The notes under the pieces are model-generated. The model worked only from the letters and a program-made list of their open reading frames with translations. It did no database searches and was not told the origin of the DNA. This document shows, piece by piece, positions 1 to 9,294 of a DNA stretch of 64,000 nucleotides. The position numbers and the translations under genes are program-made. Each line of letters opens with the position of its first letter. Within the stretch, counting starts at the first letter, position 1. This DNA comes from Thermoproteota archaeon (GTDB lineage: Archaea > Thermoproteota > EX4484-205 > JAAOZP01): positions 14,711 to 78,710 of the forward strand of contig JBNAVT010000002.1 of assembly GCA_049700215.1 (NCBI GenBank), read 5' to 3'.

Positions 1-183
1 AACTAGTTGAAAAATATCGCCGTACGTGACTGACGAAACAGTGTTCACGCTCACGAAGATACGGGTGGAGGCTGCATCAGGTTCTCCGCGCGAGACCTTT
101 ACTGGAGACAGGGTGATAAGGATGATGAAAACAGAATATGCTATCGACAACATGTTTACTGGGCAGAGCCACATATGTTTCAT
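1..183 (-). CDS. 5' part of a probable secreted/membrane-anchored protein (runs off the window edge)
   Basis: Hand translation MKHMWLCPVNMLSIAYSVFIILITLSPVKVSRGEPDAASTRIFVSVN... is open to position 1; hydrophobic signal-like N-terminus; TATA-like AT tract at ~205-220. Confidence 0.55.
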   Translation of the reverse strand, partial: MKHMWLCPVNMLSIAYSVFIILITLSPVKVSRGEPDAASTRIFVSVNTVSSVTYGDIFQLV

Positions 184-266
184 TAGGCATAATGTTTTCT
201 AAGCATAATTAATAAACATTTTGGCCTGTTTCACGAGAATCCTTTTTCCAAGCGCTTAGCGCGCTG

Positions 267-469
267 CGGCCAGTGTGACAACCCTAGTGTCTACAGCCCC
301 GCCGTTAATCTTCAGCGTAAGCTTGCGGAAGCCTGTTTACCCGCATTATTCTTAACGGTAAGCAGGATCATTGCTGCTCAGCCGACTTTAAAGTGTTTGG
401 GCTTACGTTCAGATTACTGGAATCGAATCCTAAGGAGGATACTGTTTCAGGCTTATTGATAACCATGAT
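267..469 (-). pseudogene. Degraded fragment of a CARDB/Ig-like surface-protein domain
   Basis: Frameshifted pieces SNLNVSPNTL / MILLTVKNNAG / LTLKINGGAVDTRVVTLA; bounded on both sides by GCGCG palindromes. Confidence 0.45.
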
Positions 470-518
470 TAGCGCGCGAAGCGTCATGCTTCACCGAGGC
501 TCACTCTCCAGCCTAAAT

Positions 519-1044
519 TTATTTGGTTAATCCTAGTTTTTCGAGCATTATACGGTATAGTGTCGAGTCTATTCTGAAACCGACTTTAACAAGATCGTCC
601 AATGTTTTAAGAGCATCCTTTCTCGTAATCGAGCCTTGTCTGAAAGATTGAATTATCACGCTGAAAGTGCCTATGGGTGTTATTCCTAGGATTCTGGATA
701 CTCTTCCCGTCTCCCTGTCGTCGACGATAAAGAGTTCAGCGCTCAGCTGCCTGCAAAGTTTAAGAGCCTCCTTCTCGCCGAGACCAAGCTTAATATTGGC
801 GTCGAGGAAGCCTAATTCAGCATCTATTTCAGGTTTAACCTGTTCTCTTAGGATCCAGCTACCAACGGCTTTCTCAATTATGAAAGCATCGCTAATCTTA
901 AGCATCTTGCCTTGGACGACTGCTTCGTTGAAAACCGCCTCAGGGAATAAAGACTTTTCCGAAAGCATCCTTAACCATGTTCAGCCTGCCGACTTTAGCA
1001 AGGTAAATGAGCGGCGTAGAGTTTGAAACAGCTGTCTTTTTCAA
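519..1044 (-). pseudogene. DUF3368-type PIN-domain toxin, frameshifted
   Basis: TTG at 1044 reads KTAVSNSTPLIYLAKVGRLNMVKDAFGKVFIP, then a +1 shift at the GGG run ~943-945 continues EAVFNE...GLGEKEAL...IVDDRE...GTF...GFRID (ORF 519..968). Confidence 0.8.
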
Positions 1045-1045
1045 C

Positions 1046-1354
1046 TCATCCACGCTGGAGAGCTTTCAAGTCTTCCTCAAGATCCTCAGCAGCATACTGT
1101 TGCTGAACATTTCTCTGCGAAAGAACATCGATCATTTCCCAAACCGTGACCCCAGCTATCTCCGCCGCCCTCGGAAGCGTGGCCAATCCCTCCCGGTATG
1201 ATTCAACAGCCTTCCTCAGCCTCCATTCACGTATGTAATGTTCTAAAGCCCTGTTTAGAATAGTCAACTTGTCAACCCTCTCCTCTCTAGCTATCTCCTC
1301 TATTATTTTCACCTTATCCTTGGGAAATCTGGCTGATATGGTTTTCGAAGGCAT
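1046..1354 (-). CDS. UPF0175-family antitoxin with N-terminal ribbon-helix-helix
   Basis: KTISARF RHH strand; AVESYREGLATLPRAAEIAGVTVWEMID UPF0175 motif; directly upstream of the PIN gene. Confidence 0.85.
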   Translation of the reverse strand: MPSKTISARFPKDKVKIIEEIAREERVDKLTILNRALEHYIREWRLRKAVESYREGLATLPRAAEIAGVTVWEMIDVLSQRNVQQQYAAEDLEEDLKALQRG

Positions 1355-1498
1355 TCTTCATCATTGTATACGTTTTAAGACAATGTCCACATATTTTAAC
1401 TTTTCCAAACCCGTTTCATCTAGTTAAAAAGGTTTAACACGAACTAACACGGTCGCACGCGCTAGCCTAAAGGCTTAATAGAACTCCCGTTTTGAAGA

Positions 1499-1918
1499 AT
1501 GTTGATGGAGAGGTTTGAAGAGGCGCGCAGATGGTTTCTACAGGCGTTGAGGGATTTGAAGGCTGCTGAAACAAGCCTGGATGCTGAAAGCTACGAATGG
1601 AGCTCCTTTCAATCACAACAGGCGGCTGAGAAGGCAGTCAAGGCCCTGAGTTACGCTATGGGGCGCAGTCCTTGGGGTCACAGCATCGTCGAGTTGCTTG
1701 ATGGGTTGAGGGATGCTTATCCAGAGACTGATTCCTACATGAGCGATGCTAGGGAGTTGGATAGGCACTACATACCTTCAAGGTATCCGAATGCGTTTGA
1801 ATCGGGCTACCCTGCTCTATACTACGATAAGGTGTCTGCCGGGAGAGCTGTGGAATGCGCTAAGAGGATAATCGGATGGGTTGAGGGTGAGCTGAAACGT
1901 CTTGGAGTAAGGATGTAG
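1499..1918 (+). CDS. HEPN domain protein (HEPN-MNT toxin-antitoxin pair)
   Basis: WFLQALRDLKAA...SQQAAEKAVKA...GHSI...LDRHYIPSRYP. Confidence 0.9.
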   Translation: MLMERFEEARRWFLQALRDLKAAETSLDAESYEWSSFQSQQAAEKAVKALSYAMGRSPWGHSIVELLDGLRDAYPETDSYMSDARELDRHYIPSRYPNAFESGYPALYYDKVSAGRAVECAKRIIGWVEGELKRLGVRM

Positions 1919-1935
1919 AAGCGTTCGCTGAGAAA

Positions 1936-2280
1936 GTGAAGTCCTCGTTTCCAGTTGAAGCCATCCTGATCTTCGGATCATATGCAAAGAATCAACACGG
2001 CGACTGGAGCGATATAGATATACTTGTGTTAAGCGACGGTTTTAAAGATGTTAATATCCTTGACAGGTTTAAGATTCTCCAGGAGTTTAAAGTGGGAAGG
2101 ATTGAAGCATTCGCCTACACTTATGAGGAACTGGTTAGAATGGTGAATAAGGGGAATCCGCTGGCGTTGAATGCGTTAAGTGAAGGGAAACCGCTTATCG
2201 TCAGCCCAAGGGTGGAGAAACTGGTGTCTCTGGTTAGAGAAAAGTATGCGAAAAAGGGAAGAACGTGGATGTTTAAATAA
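1936..2280 (+). CDS. Minimal nucleotidyltransferase (MNT) antitoxin
   Basis: IFGSYAK...WSDIDILV GS-x10-DxD motif; adjacent to HEPN; start uncertain. Confidence 0.85.
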   Translation: MKSSFPVEAILIFGSYAKNQHGDWSDIDILVLSDGFKDVNILDRFKILQEFKVGRIEAFAYTYEELVRMVNKGNPLALNALSEGKPLIVSPRVEKLVSLVREKYAKKGRTWMFK

Positions 2281-2371
2281 CTGCGCGCTCAGCAGGAGGA
2301 TTATTGCCCTCCCTCTGCCAGCAGCCTCTTAAGAAGCGATTGCCAATAGACTCCTCTAGAATTGAAAAGAC

Positions 2372-2806
2372 TTATTGTTTTAAACTTTCCAGCTCCTCTA
2401 CCAGTCTTCCGCAAAGGCTGAAAACTTTCTCAGCCCTCTCGACAGCATCCTTAGAATCTTCCTCCCCTATTACTTCATCCGGGGATAGAAACGCTTCCTC
2501 ACCGCCGTAGAAGCTTGCCTCCCTCTTCTTAACCAAGATCTTAGAGGATTCGGAGAGATAGTTCAACTCCTCTTGGAACCATTCTGGAAACCTCTGTTTA
2601 ACGCTTAAGAGCACGTCTGAAACATCATGCACCTTCGGATACTCTATGCCAACAGCCTTAAGCACCGCTTTCAGAGAAAGCTCGACGCACTCTTGGCTCA
2701 GCCTCACAGCATAAGGATGATTCCCATCTCTGCAAGCATCTTCAGCATCACTAAGCCTAGCCTCAGCCTGTTTCAAGTATGATTGAGCAATCTTGATGAG
2801 CCTCAA
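2372..2806 (-). CDS. HEPN domain protein
   Basis: AVRLSQECVELSLKAVL...EYPKVHDV...KREASFYG. Confidence 0.9.
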   Translation of the reverse strand: MRLIKIAQSYLKQAEARLSDAEDACRDGNHPYAVRLSQECVELSLKAVLKAVGIEYPKVHDVSDVLLSVKQRFPEWFQEELNYLSESSKILVKKREASFYGGEEAFLSPDEVIGEEDSKDAVERAEKVFSLCGRLVEELESLKQ

Positions 2807-3543
2807 ACCAATATCTCCTCCCCAAACCTGTAATCAGGCTTCAGATCCCAATACCAGTTCTCCCTGTCGATGAAAACCCTTTTCGCACCAAGCCTGAGCA
2901 GCTCAGCTTTAAACTCCGTCAGAATCCTCTCCAGGAAACGATCCTTATCGTAAAGGATCACCGCGTCCTCAACCATGTCGATGAAGAGCAGGGGCTTCTT
3001 GGAAGCTTCCTCCTCAGTTAAAGGGTAGAAGCTGAAACCCGTGTAGACGCCATGCCGCCTGAGCCACGCTAACTCGTCTTCAAGCCTTCTCTCCAGCTGG
3101 AAAAGCAGGTCTATCCTCCTCCCGATGCTTCCGGAGAAATCGTTAGAAACGATAAGCAGATCTATGTCACTGTTATTGCCCGCTGTTCCACGGGCTACAG
3201 ATCCATATACTGCTAGGGATGTCAGGCTTAATGAGCGTGAAAAGATTTGAAAAGCGTCGCACAGAACTTTAACATACCTTTCCTGAGCAATCTTATTCAG
3301 GTTCCGCACTGTTTCGGAGGCCAGTAGGATGAAGCTCCTGGGGTCGAGAAGCCTGTAGCGCCTAGGCCTCCCCCAGTCGAAAACCAGTAGAACCCTTTTT
3401 TTATGAAGACTGCTGAAGGCTACTGAAAGCCTGTTTCCACTCACCTGCAGAAGCTCTGAAGCATCTTTAAACGTGAACAACTCGCCTTCAAACTCTAGGA
3501 AAAGCCTTGAATAAACCTCTCCCAGCCAAGCGGGTATCCACAT
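2803..3543 (-). CDS. Nucleotidyltransferase (MNT) with N-terminal winged-helix extension
   Basis: VYGSVARGTAGNNSDIDLLIV; C-terminal WYWDLKPDY; wHTH-like N-terminus; 4-nt overlap with the HEPN gene. Confidence 0.85.
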   Translation of the reverse strand: MWIPAWLGEVYSRLFLEFEGELFTFKDASELLQVSGNRLSVAFSSLHKKRVLLVFDWGRPRRYRLLDPRSFILLASETVRNLNKIAQERYVKVLCDAFQIFSRSLSLTSLAVYGSVARGTAGNNSDIDLLIVSNDFSGSIGRRIDLLFQLERRLEDELAWLRRHGVYTGFSFYPLTEEEASKKPLLFIDMVEDAVILYDKDRFLERILTEFKAELLRLGAKRVFIDRENWYWDLKPDYRFGEEILV

Positions 3544-3646
3544 TTTTTGCTTAACAATTACTTAAGATTAACGATTTATTAAGCTTTACTTTTTGTAGCG
3601 CGCTTGCTCAAAGAGTTGTTACGCGCGCTTCGGATATCTTCGAAAC

Positions 3647-4011
3647 CTAATTGATGTCTCCCAGCATCTTCTTCAGGATCTCCCTATTATAGTCTCTCGG
3701 TCTGAAAAGCTCCTTAAAAGCGGGGAAACTCTTCAAGAAGCCTCTCTTCTCCCCCACCGTGGCCAGAAGTTAGAGAGAGGGAATGCACCACAAGTCGGGA
3801 TGGTGAATGGTGCTCGCGAAGAGGCACATTTCCTCCCAGTAGCCCATGTTAGGATGTACGCATTCAACAATCACGATGGACCCGGTTTCAAAATTTATTC
3901 TCGTGGCTCTCCAGCGATATTCATCTTCGTCTAGAATCTCTATCCTTTTAGCGAAGAGCAGTGATTTCTTCTTCTCAATACCCCCTTTATGACGGGCGGT
4001 TTTCTCTCCAT
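3647..4011 (-). pseudogene. Degraded hypothetical gene
   Basis: Hand translation MERKPPVIKG/IEKKKSLLFAKRIEILDEDEYRWRATRINFETG...PDLWCIPSL*LLATVGEKRG...KMLGDIN* with one frameshift and one stop; flanked by palindromes at 3620 and 4018. Confidence 0.4.
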
Positions 4012-4029
4012 GATCCGAGCGCGCGCGCT

Positions 4030-4158
4030 ATACCAATGGAATTAATACCCGATTCGGATATTTTAGTTAATTATGAAGTTAGAGACTTGAGAGAGGTAAG
4101 TGGTTCAACCTATTGTGAGAAAGGCGGTTTACTTCTCGCTAAAATCACTCCTTCACTA
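4030..4158 (+). pseudogene. Internal fragment of a type I restriction-modification specificity subunit (HsdS-like TRD)
   Basis: IPMELIPDSDILVNYEVRDLREVSGSTYCEKGGLLLAKITPSL matches the HsdS pattern F(I/V)PM...TYF..GD(I/L)L(L/F)AKITP(C/S)(F/L)ENGK; it stops at the palindrome before ENGK. Confidence 0.7.
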
Positions 4159-4267
4159 GCGCGCGCAGCTCAAATCTCCATTGCTAACTTTAAACAAGCC
4201 TGCTTCAGTAGCCCTTGCCTTACAACCTTCATAATCATAGCCCTAATAATAACATAAATTAGGAGAT

Positions 4268-4699
4268 TTAGCTTTGCAAACCCATTCTTTCGAAAAATTC
4301 TCTTGCTGTCAATATTTCTGTTTTCCTGAATTTTTTCAGCTTAAGCAAGTGTTTATCTCCACTGATTATGTATTTTGCTCCTGCTTCAATTGCGCACTCC
4401 AAAACTTTATTATCTAACGGGTCCCTCTTTATTACGTCGACCTTCACTTTTGGGTTAACTATCTTCAATCTTTCTATCAAGGATTCTAATGCTGTTCTTT
4501 TATCTATTTCCGCTTTTCTGAATATCTCCTCGATTTTTGGATAAGTCAATACTCTGGCTAATTCCCTTAATATTTCTTCGGAGGAGTAGGATTCAACATC
4601 CTCTTTTTCCATTAGCCTGGAAAATTTCCTAGCTATGGCTTTTTTAAACAACAGCGATACGAGAATGTTAGTATCTAAGACTGCCTTGATCTTGCCCAT
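4268..4699 (-). CDS. PIN-family putative toxin (VapC-like)
   Basis: AVLDTNILVS...RDPLDNKVLECA...YIISGDKHLL. Confidence 0.9.
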   Translation of the reverse strand: MGKIKAVLDTNILVSLLFKKAIARKFSRLMEKEDVESYSSEEILRELARVLTYPKIEEIFRKAEIDKRTALESLIERLKIVNPKVKVDVIKRDPLDNKVLECAIEAGAKYIISGDKHLLKLKKFRKTEILTAREFFERMGLQS

Positions 4700-4938
4700 C
4701 TTATTGCCTCATCTATAAGCTTCTCAACATCCACCTTATTTTTCTCAGCAACGCTCCCTATTTTTTCAGACAACTCTTCTAAGCTTAATCTTCTTGCTTT
4801 CTTCAAGATTATTTCTTCATCTCTAGTCATGACTATAATCTTTTCTCCGGGCAAAATTCCGAACCTATCCCTTATCTCTTTTGGAATCACAACTTGACCC
4901 TTAGAAGAAATTTTCGTCACCCCTTCTATTTCTTCCAT
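4675..4938 (-). CDS. AbrB/MazE/SpoVT-family antitoxin
   Basis: KISSKGQVVIPKEIRDRFGILPGEK; overlaps the PIN gene. Confidence 0.9.
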   Translation of the reverse strand: MEEIEGVTKISSKGQVVIPKEIRDRFGILPGEKIIVMTRDEEIILKKARRLSLEELSEKIGSVAEKNKVDVEKLIDEAIRWARSRQS

Positions 4939-5588
4939 ATTTTTGGAATAGCTTTACTAGTATTTAAAGTTTTACCAATCCAACTTTTAAATCTTAATGG
5001 CTCCTGAATAGCGTGCGCTAATTGGCTGAATCCTCCTGTCAAAATACTGGAACTCTCGAAAATAGTGGCGGAAAAGTTCCTGAAATCATAATAACGAAGG
5101 AACCTAAGTATCCCCCGAGAATAGCACCCTGGTCTCTAGAAGATTTTATGAAAATAGCTCGTAAAAATCTGCCGGAAAATGATTTAATTACGCATTAAGC
5201 TGAAAGAAGATGTCCCTAGCCTACCCCGAGTTAGCGCGCGCTACATGAAGAGGAAAACAGGCTTCGTAGCTCGCTTCATCCTTCTCCTCAATTACCCATC
5301 CTCAATAAACAAAATCCTCAGCATGCAATACTATACACTCATCATATTTATAAATCGTTTCTAACCGAATAAATTAACTATTTTGAAGATAAAGAGAGAT
5401 GACTTTAAAGTCCTGAGAAGAGACCGAGATTTTCGAGAAACTTGTAAAGGTAATAACGCGCGTGGCGCAAGGAAGATAGTGGCAATAGAAAGGGCAAGCA
5501 TAACGGAGATTGAAAGGTTTGTAGCGCACGCTATAGTTCGGCAAAGGCTTTTATATTAATAATATGATGTGCACTATGATGACATTGA

Positions 5589-6641
5589 ATGTCTGAAGGT
5601 CAAGCAACTTTAGGGCTATTTGAGAAATACCTCACTTTATGGGTTATCCTCAGCATGATTGCGGGCTTTCTTCTAGGCAAACTTTTTCCGGAACTTGGCA
5701 TATGGATTGAATCGTTCTAGGTCGGAGACATATCCATTCCGATGGAAATATGCCTATTTCTTATGATGTATCCAACCATGGTGAACATTGAGTTTGGGGA
5801 AATCATGAAAGCTGCCAAGTCTCCGAAGCCCGCAATTCTCACATTAATGGGTAATTGGGTTGTGGCTCCAGCCCTTATGGCTTTGCTTGCCCGTCTATTT
5901 CTGCATAATTATCCAGAATATGCTGCAGGAGTGATTCTGCTGGGGATAGCGCCATGCACGGGCATGGTTTTATTCTGGATTCTATTAGCACAAGGTGACG
6001 TAGCTAAAGGCGTTGTAATAACTGCAATAAACGCCTTATCAACCCTCATACTCTATACGCCTCTGGCAACCTTCTACCTTGGAGTTGGAGGCGTTCCAGT
6101 TCCAGTAACCCCGATAGCTGAAAGCGTAATCTTATTTGTCGGTTTACCTCTAGCCGCTGGGCAAGCATCAAGGAAAGCTCTTATAAAGAGTAAGGGAGAA
6201 AAATGGTTCAAAGATAATTTTCGTCCGCTCATAGGAAATGTTGCAGCCATAGCATTGTTAGCCACAATCATAATGCTTTTCTCTCTAAAAGGGGAACTAA
6301 TCTTCAGCCAACCTTTAATAGTTGGCTTATTTTCAATACCATTGTTAATTCATTTCTTTACCATGGCTACGCTTTTCTACATTATACCCTGGCTTAAGTT
6401 CAGCTATAGGGATGCTGCCACCATTGCTTTTATAAGCTCAGGAACCCAGTTTGAGGTTGCCATAGCGACAGCAACCGTTATATTCGGCGCTGGCTCTGGG
6501 GCTGCCTTGGCAACAGTAATCGGTCCATTGTGGGAGGTTCCATCCATGCTGACATTCGTAAAACTAGCTCTTAAAACCAGAAATCATTTCCCTAATGATA
6601 ATACTGATCAAATCAAGGAGGAAGCTTGGCGAACATGGTAA
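5589..6641 (+). pseudogene. acr3: ACR3-family arsenite efflux permease with an in-frame TAG at codon 44
   Basis: ATG 5589 reads [19 protein letters not shown]... in frame with ORF 5742..6641 (MMYP, NWVVAP, APCTGMV, FEVAIA, GPLWEVP); TAG at 5718-5720. Confidence 0.85.
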
Positions 6642-6799
6642 AAGAAGTGACAAAGGATGGTAAAATCCTCTATGTCTGTGAAGAATGTGGTTTCGCCTAT
6701 GAAGAAAAGATTTGGGCGGAAAAATGCGAAAAATTCTGCTCCAAACACCACGCATGTTCACTTGAAATCACAAGCCACGCTGTTCAAACGAACATTTAA
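6635..6799 (+). CDS. 54-aa Cys/His-rich zinc-finger-like protein (below the ORF-track cutoff)
   Basis: MVKEVTKDGKILYVCEECGFAYEEKIWAEKCEKFCSKHHACSLEITSHAVQTNI; CxxC plus CxxxC plus HxC; overlaps the acr3 stop. Confidence 0.7.
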   Translation: MVKEVTKDGKILYVCEECGFAYEEKIWAEKCEKFCSKHHACSLEITSHAVQTNI

Positions 6800-7057
6800 A
6801 ACGTGTGCAGCGCGCTAGTACTCGAATTTACGGTTGGTATTTTCTGGGTTTTCTTGACATTAAGTGTTTTTAAAGAAGTTGCAGAGATGGGGCAGAGAAG
6901 AAAATACGCACTTATATTTTGTAAGACTTATAGGGCTGAAAAAAGAGATTTTGGGTCTTGATTGCGTTCTACAGAGGATAGCGCGCGATGCTTTTAAACC
7001 GGTCTCGTTAAAGTGGAGGTGTAAAAACTTTTACTGATACGATTATCACATGGCTAC

Positions 7058-7223
7058 TTACTCGCTTACCATCACTACTTCATTCTTCAGGTCGGCGAAA
7101 TGCTTGTCTCCCGTAACCACTTTAGTATTAGTTTTTCGGGCTGTTGCTAAGATGATTGAATCAGCTAACCCCCAATTACCCACTTTTTTCTCTACGTCTA
7201 TCTCACCTGCGATTTCAGCGATG
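7058..7223 (-). pseudogene. C-terminal half of a VapC/PIN toxin
   Basis: IAEIAGEIDVEKKVGNWGLADSIILATARKTNTKVVTGDKHFADLKNEVVMVSE*; begins exactly at the palindrome 7224-7235. Confidence 0.8.
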
Positions 7224-7321
7224 TAGCGCGCGCTTAATTGTCGATCAACTATGTTAAGCCAATCCCCAGGCTCTGACGATTATGGCAATTACGCCAACTA
7301 GTGTCTGAAACCCCTAGCCAT

Positions 7322-8458
7322 TTATGCAACTTTCCTATTCTTTTCAACCAGCTTCAGAAACTTCTCGAAGTATATTCTCGCATCATAGGGACCTGGGGAC
7401 GCTTCAGGGTGGAACTGCACTCCGAAAACCTGCTTATCCTCAAGCCTAATTCCCTCAACGGTTCCATCGTTCACGTTAACGTGCGTAAGCTTCAGCCTGG
7501 AGCCTTCCAAGCTCGCTCTACTCACTGCGAAGCCGTGGTTCTGGCTGGTTATGTAGATTCTTCCTGTTTCAAGATCTATGCACGGATGGTTCTGCCCCCT
7601 GTGGCCAAACTTAAGCTTGTAGGTTCTAGCTCCGAGCGCTAGCGAGATCAGCTGGTGGCCTAAACATATTCCGAAAACCGGGACACCGTATTCTATTAAG
7701 CCCCTGACTGTTTTGAAAGCATAGTCTAGAAGCGCAGGGTCACCCGGCCCGTTTGAAACAACAATACCGTCCGGCTCAAAACTCATGATTTTATCTAAAC
7801 TGGTATTGTGAGGAACCTGGATTACTTTAAAGCCGAGTACTAGAAGGTTTGCGATTATGGATTTCTTGACGCCGAAGTCTATGAGAACAGCTTGCAAGCC
7901 GTTGTGCTTAGCTGGCTCGTGCTCAATGATCCTGCTCGTGGAAACCTCTGCGGCGAGGTTTCTCTTATTCGGATCCTGAACGCGTCCCGCTTTTTCTAAA
8001 AGACTGTTTACATCCACATGCTCACCCTCATGATACACCTTTAAAATACCGAGTTGTGTTCCCATGATCCTTATTTTCTGAGTCAGCATCCTCGTGTCAA
8101 CCCTTGAAATTCCTTGTACAGACTCCTTCTCAAGCCACTCTGGCAGGGTCATCACTGAGGTGCGGTGGCTGGGAGTATCTATGCACTCCCTTACGACGAA
8201 GCCCCTGATCTTAGGCCTGTCAGACTCGAAGTCCTCAGGGTTGACACCGTAGTTTCCCACGAGCGGGTATGTTTGAATAAGTATTTGCCCCCAGTAAGAG
8301 GGGTCTGTTATGGACTCGACGTACCCGACCATGCCGGTGTTGAAGACAAACTCGCCGTCAACCTCCCCGACGGCGCCGAAGCCTTCACCGTGGACGACGG
8401 TCCCGTCTGCTAGAACTATGACAGCCCTCTTCCTATCCTCATACCTGTTTTTCGTCAC
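7322..8458 (-). CDS. carA: Carbamoyl-phosphate synthase small subunit
   Basis: GEFVFNTGMVGYVESITDPSY; SNGPGDP; GICLGHQ; GHRGQNHP; QFHPEASPGP. Confidence 0.97.
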   Translation of the reverse strand: MTKNRYEDRKRAVIVLADGTVVHGEGFGAVGEVDGEFVFNTGMVGYVESITDPSYWGQILIQTYPLVGNYGVNPEDFESDRPKIRGFVVRECIDTPSHRTSVMTLPEWLEKESVQGISRVDTRMLTQKIRIMGTQLGILKVYHEGEHVDVNSLLEKAGRVQDPNKRNLAAEVSTSRIIEHEPAKHNGLQAVLIDFGVKKSIIANLLVLGFKVIQVPHNTSLDKIMSFEPDGIVVSNGPGDPALLDYAFKTVRGLIEYGVPVFGICLGHQLISLALGARTYKLKFGHRGQNHPCIDLETGRIYITSQNHGFAVSRASLEGSRLKLTHVNVNDGTVEGIRLEDKQVFGVQFHPEASPGPYDARIYFEKFLKLVEKNRKVA

Positions 8459-8553
8459 AGATTTATTCGAGGAGGAAAAGTGATCATCCCGCCTATTTAA
8501 AGATTATCCGCCTCGACGTAAAGAAAATAAGCCGGTGCCAAGTATGGAAAACG

Positions 8554-9294
8554 ATGTTGGAAAGCAGGTTTAGAAGAAGAATCCTTGAGGAGGCTTGTAG
8601 GAAAAATAGTCGGATAATCCTGGCTTTCGACGAGCATGACGGTGGGGATACTGTCTTGGAAAAGCTTCGCTGGGTCTCCGAAAACCTCGGGGAACATTTG
8701 GCAGGTATTAAGATAGGCTATCCTACGCTGCTGTCAACAGGGCTTCCTGAACTCGGGAGGATCCTCGACAGGCTTAGCGGTGGAAACGTGTTTATAGCTG
8801 ACGCCAAGGTGGCGGACATATCGTATACGAATAGCCTTGTTGCGAGACTGCTCTACGAAGCGGGTTTCGACGCGGTGATAGCGCACGGCTTCATAGGCTA
8901 CGAGGGTGGTTTAGAAGGCGTTTTCCAGGAGGCTGAGCAACTTGGAAAAGGGGTTATAATCGTGGCCAGCATGAGTCACTCTGGGTCAAGGGAATTCATA
9001 GACCCTAGCGTCGATAGGATCACTGCACTGGCTTTAAAACATGGGGCTGACGGGGTTGTAGCCCCGGCTACAAGACCCCAGATTGTGGGTAGGGTGAGGG
9101 CGATAGCTGGGAAAAGTCTTCTAATACTGACCCCTGGCGTCGGCGTCCAGGGGGCACCCTATGGCGCTGGGCTTTCAGCGGGGGCGGACTTCGAGATAAT
9201 TGGGAGAAGCATAACTGGTTCTCCAAACCCTGTTGAAAAAGCTTTAGAGGTGAAGAGGAAGCATGGAAGAATCCTTGGTCAAGGAGCTTGTTAA
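8554..9294 (+). CDS. pyrF: Orotidine-5'-phosphate decarboxylase
   Basis: DAKVADISYT (DxKxxD); SMSH; VAPATRP; TPGVGVQG; IIGRSI. Confidence 0.95.
   Translation: MLESRFRRRILEEACRKNSRIILAFDEHDGGDTVLEKLRWVSENLGEHLAGIKIGYPTLLSTGLPELGRILDRLSGGNVFIADAKVADISYTNSLVARLLYEAGFDAVIAHGFIGYEGGLEGVFQEAEQLGKGVIIVASMSHSGSREFIDPSVDRITALALKHGADGVVAPATRPQIVGRVRAIAGKSLLILTPGVGVQGAPYGAGLSAGADFEIIGRSITGSPNPVEKALEVKRKHGRILGQGAC

Larger units (their letters stand above)
257..7235. repeat. Cluster of TAGCGCGCGCTA-type palindromes delimiting modules (15 copies)
   Basis: Copies at 257, 470, 1454, 2282 (weak), 3596, 3620, 4018, 4157, 5009, 5232, 5454, 5522, 6809, 6979, 7224. Confidence 0.85.

Noticed and set aside
3961-4257. 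98-aa ORF as a real gene
   Set aside because: It is a read-through of three unrelated segments across two palindromes (the ARA peptides); only the HsdS-like middle is recognisable.
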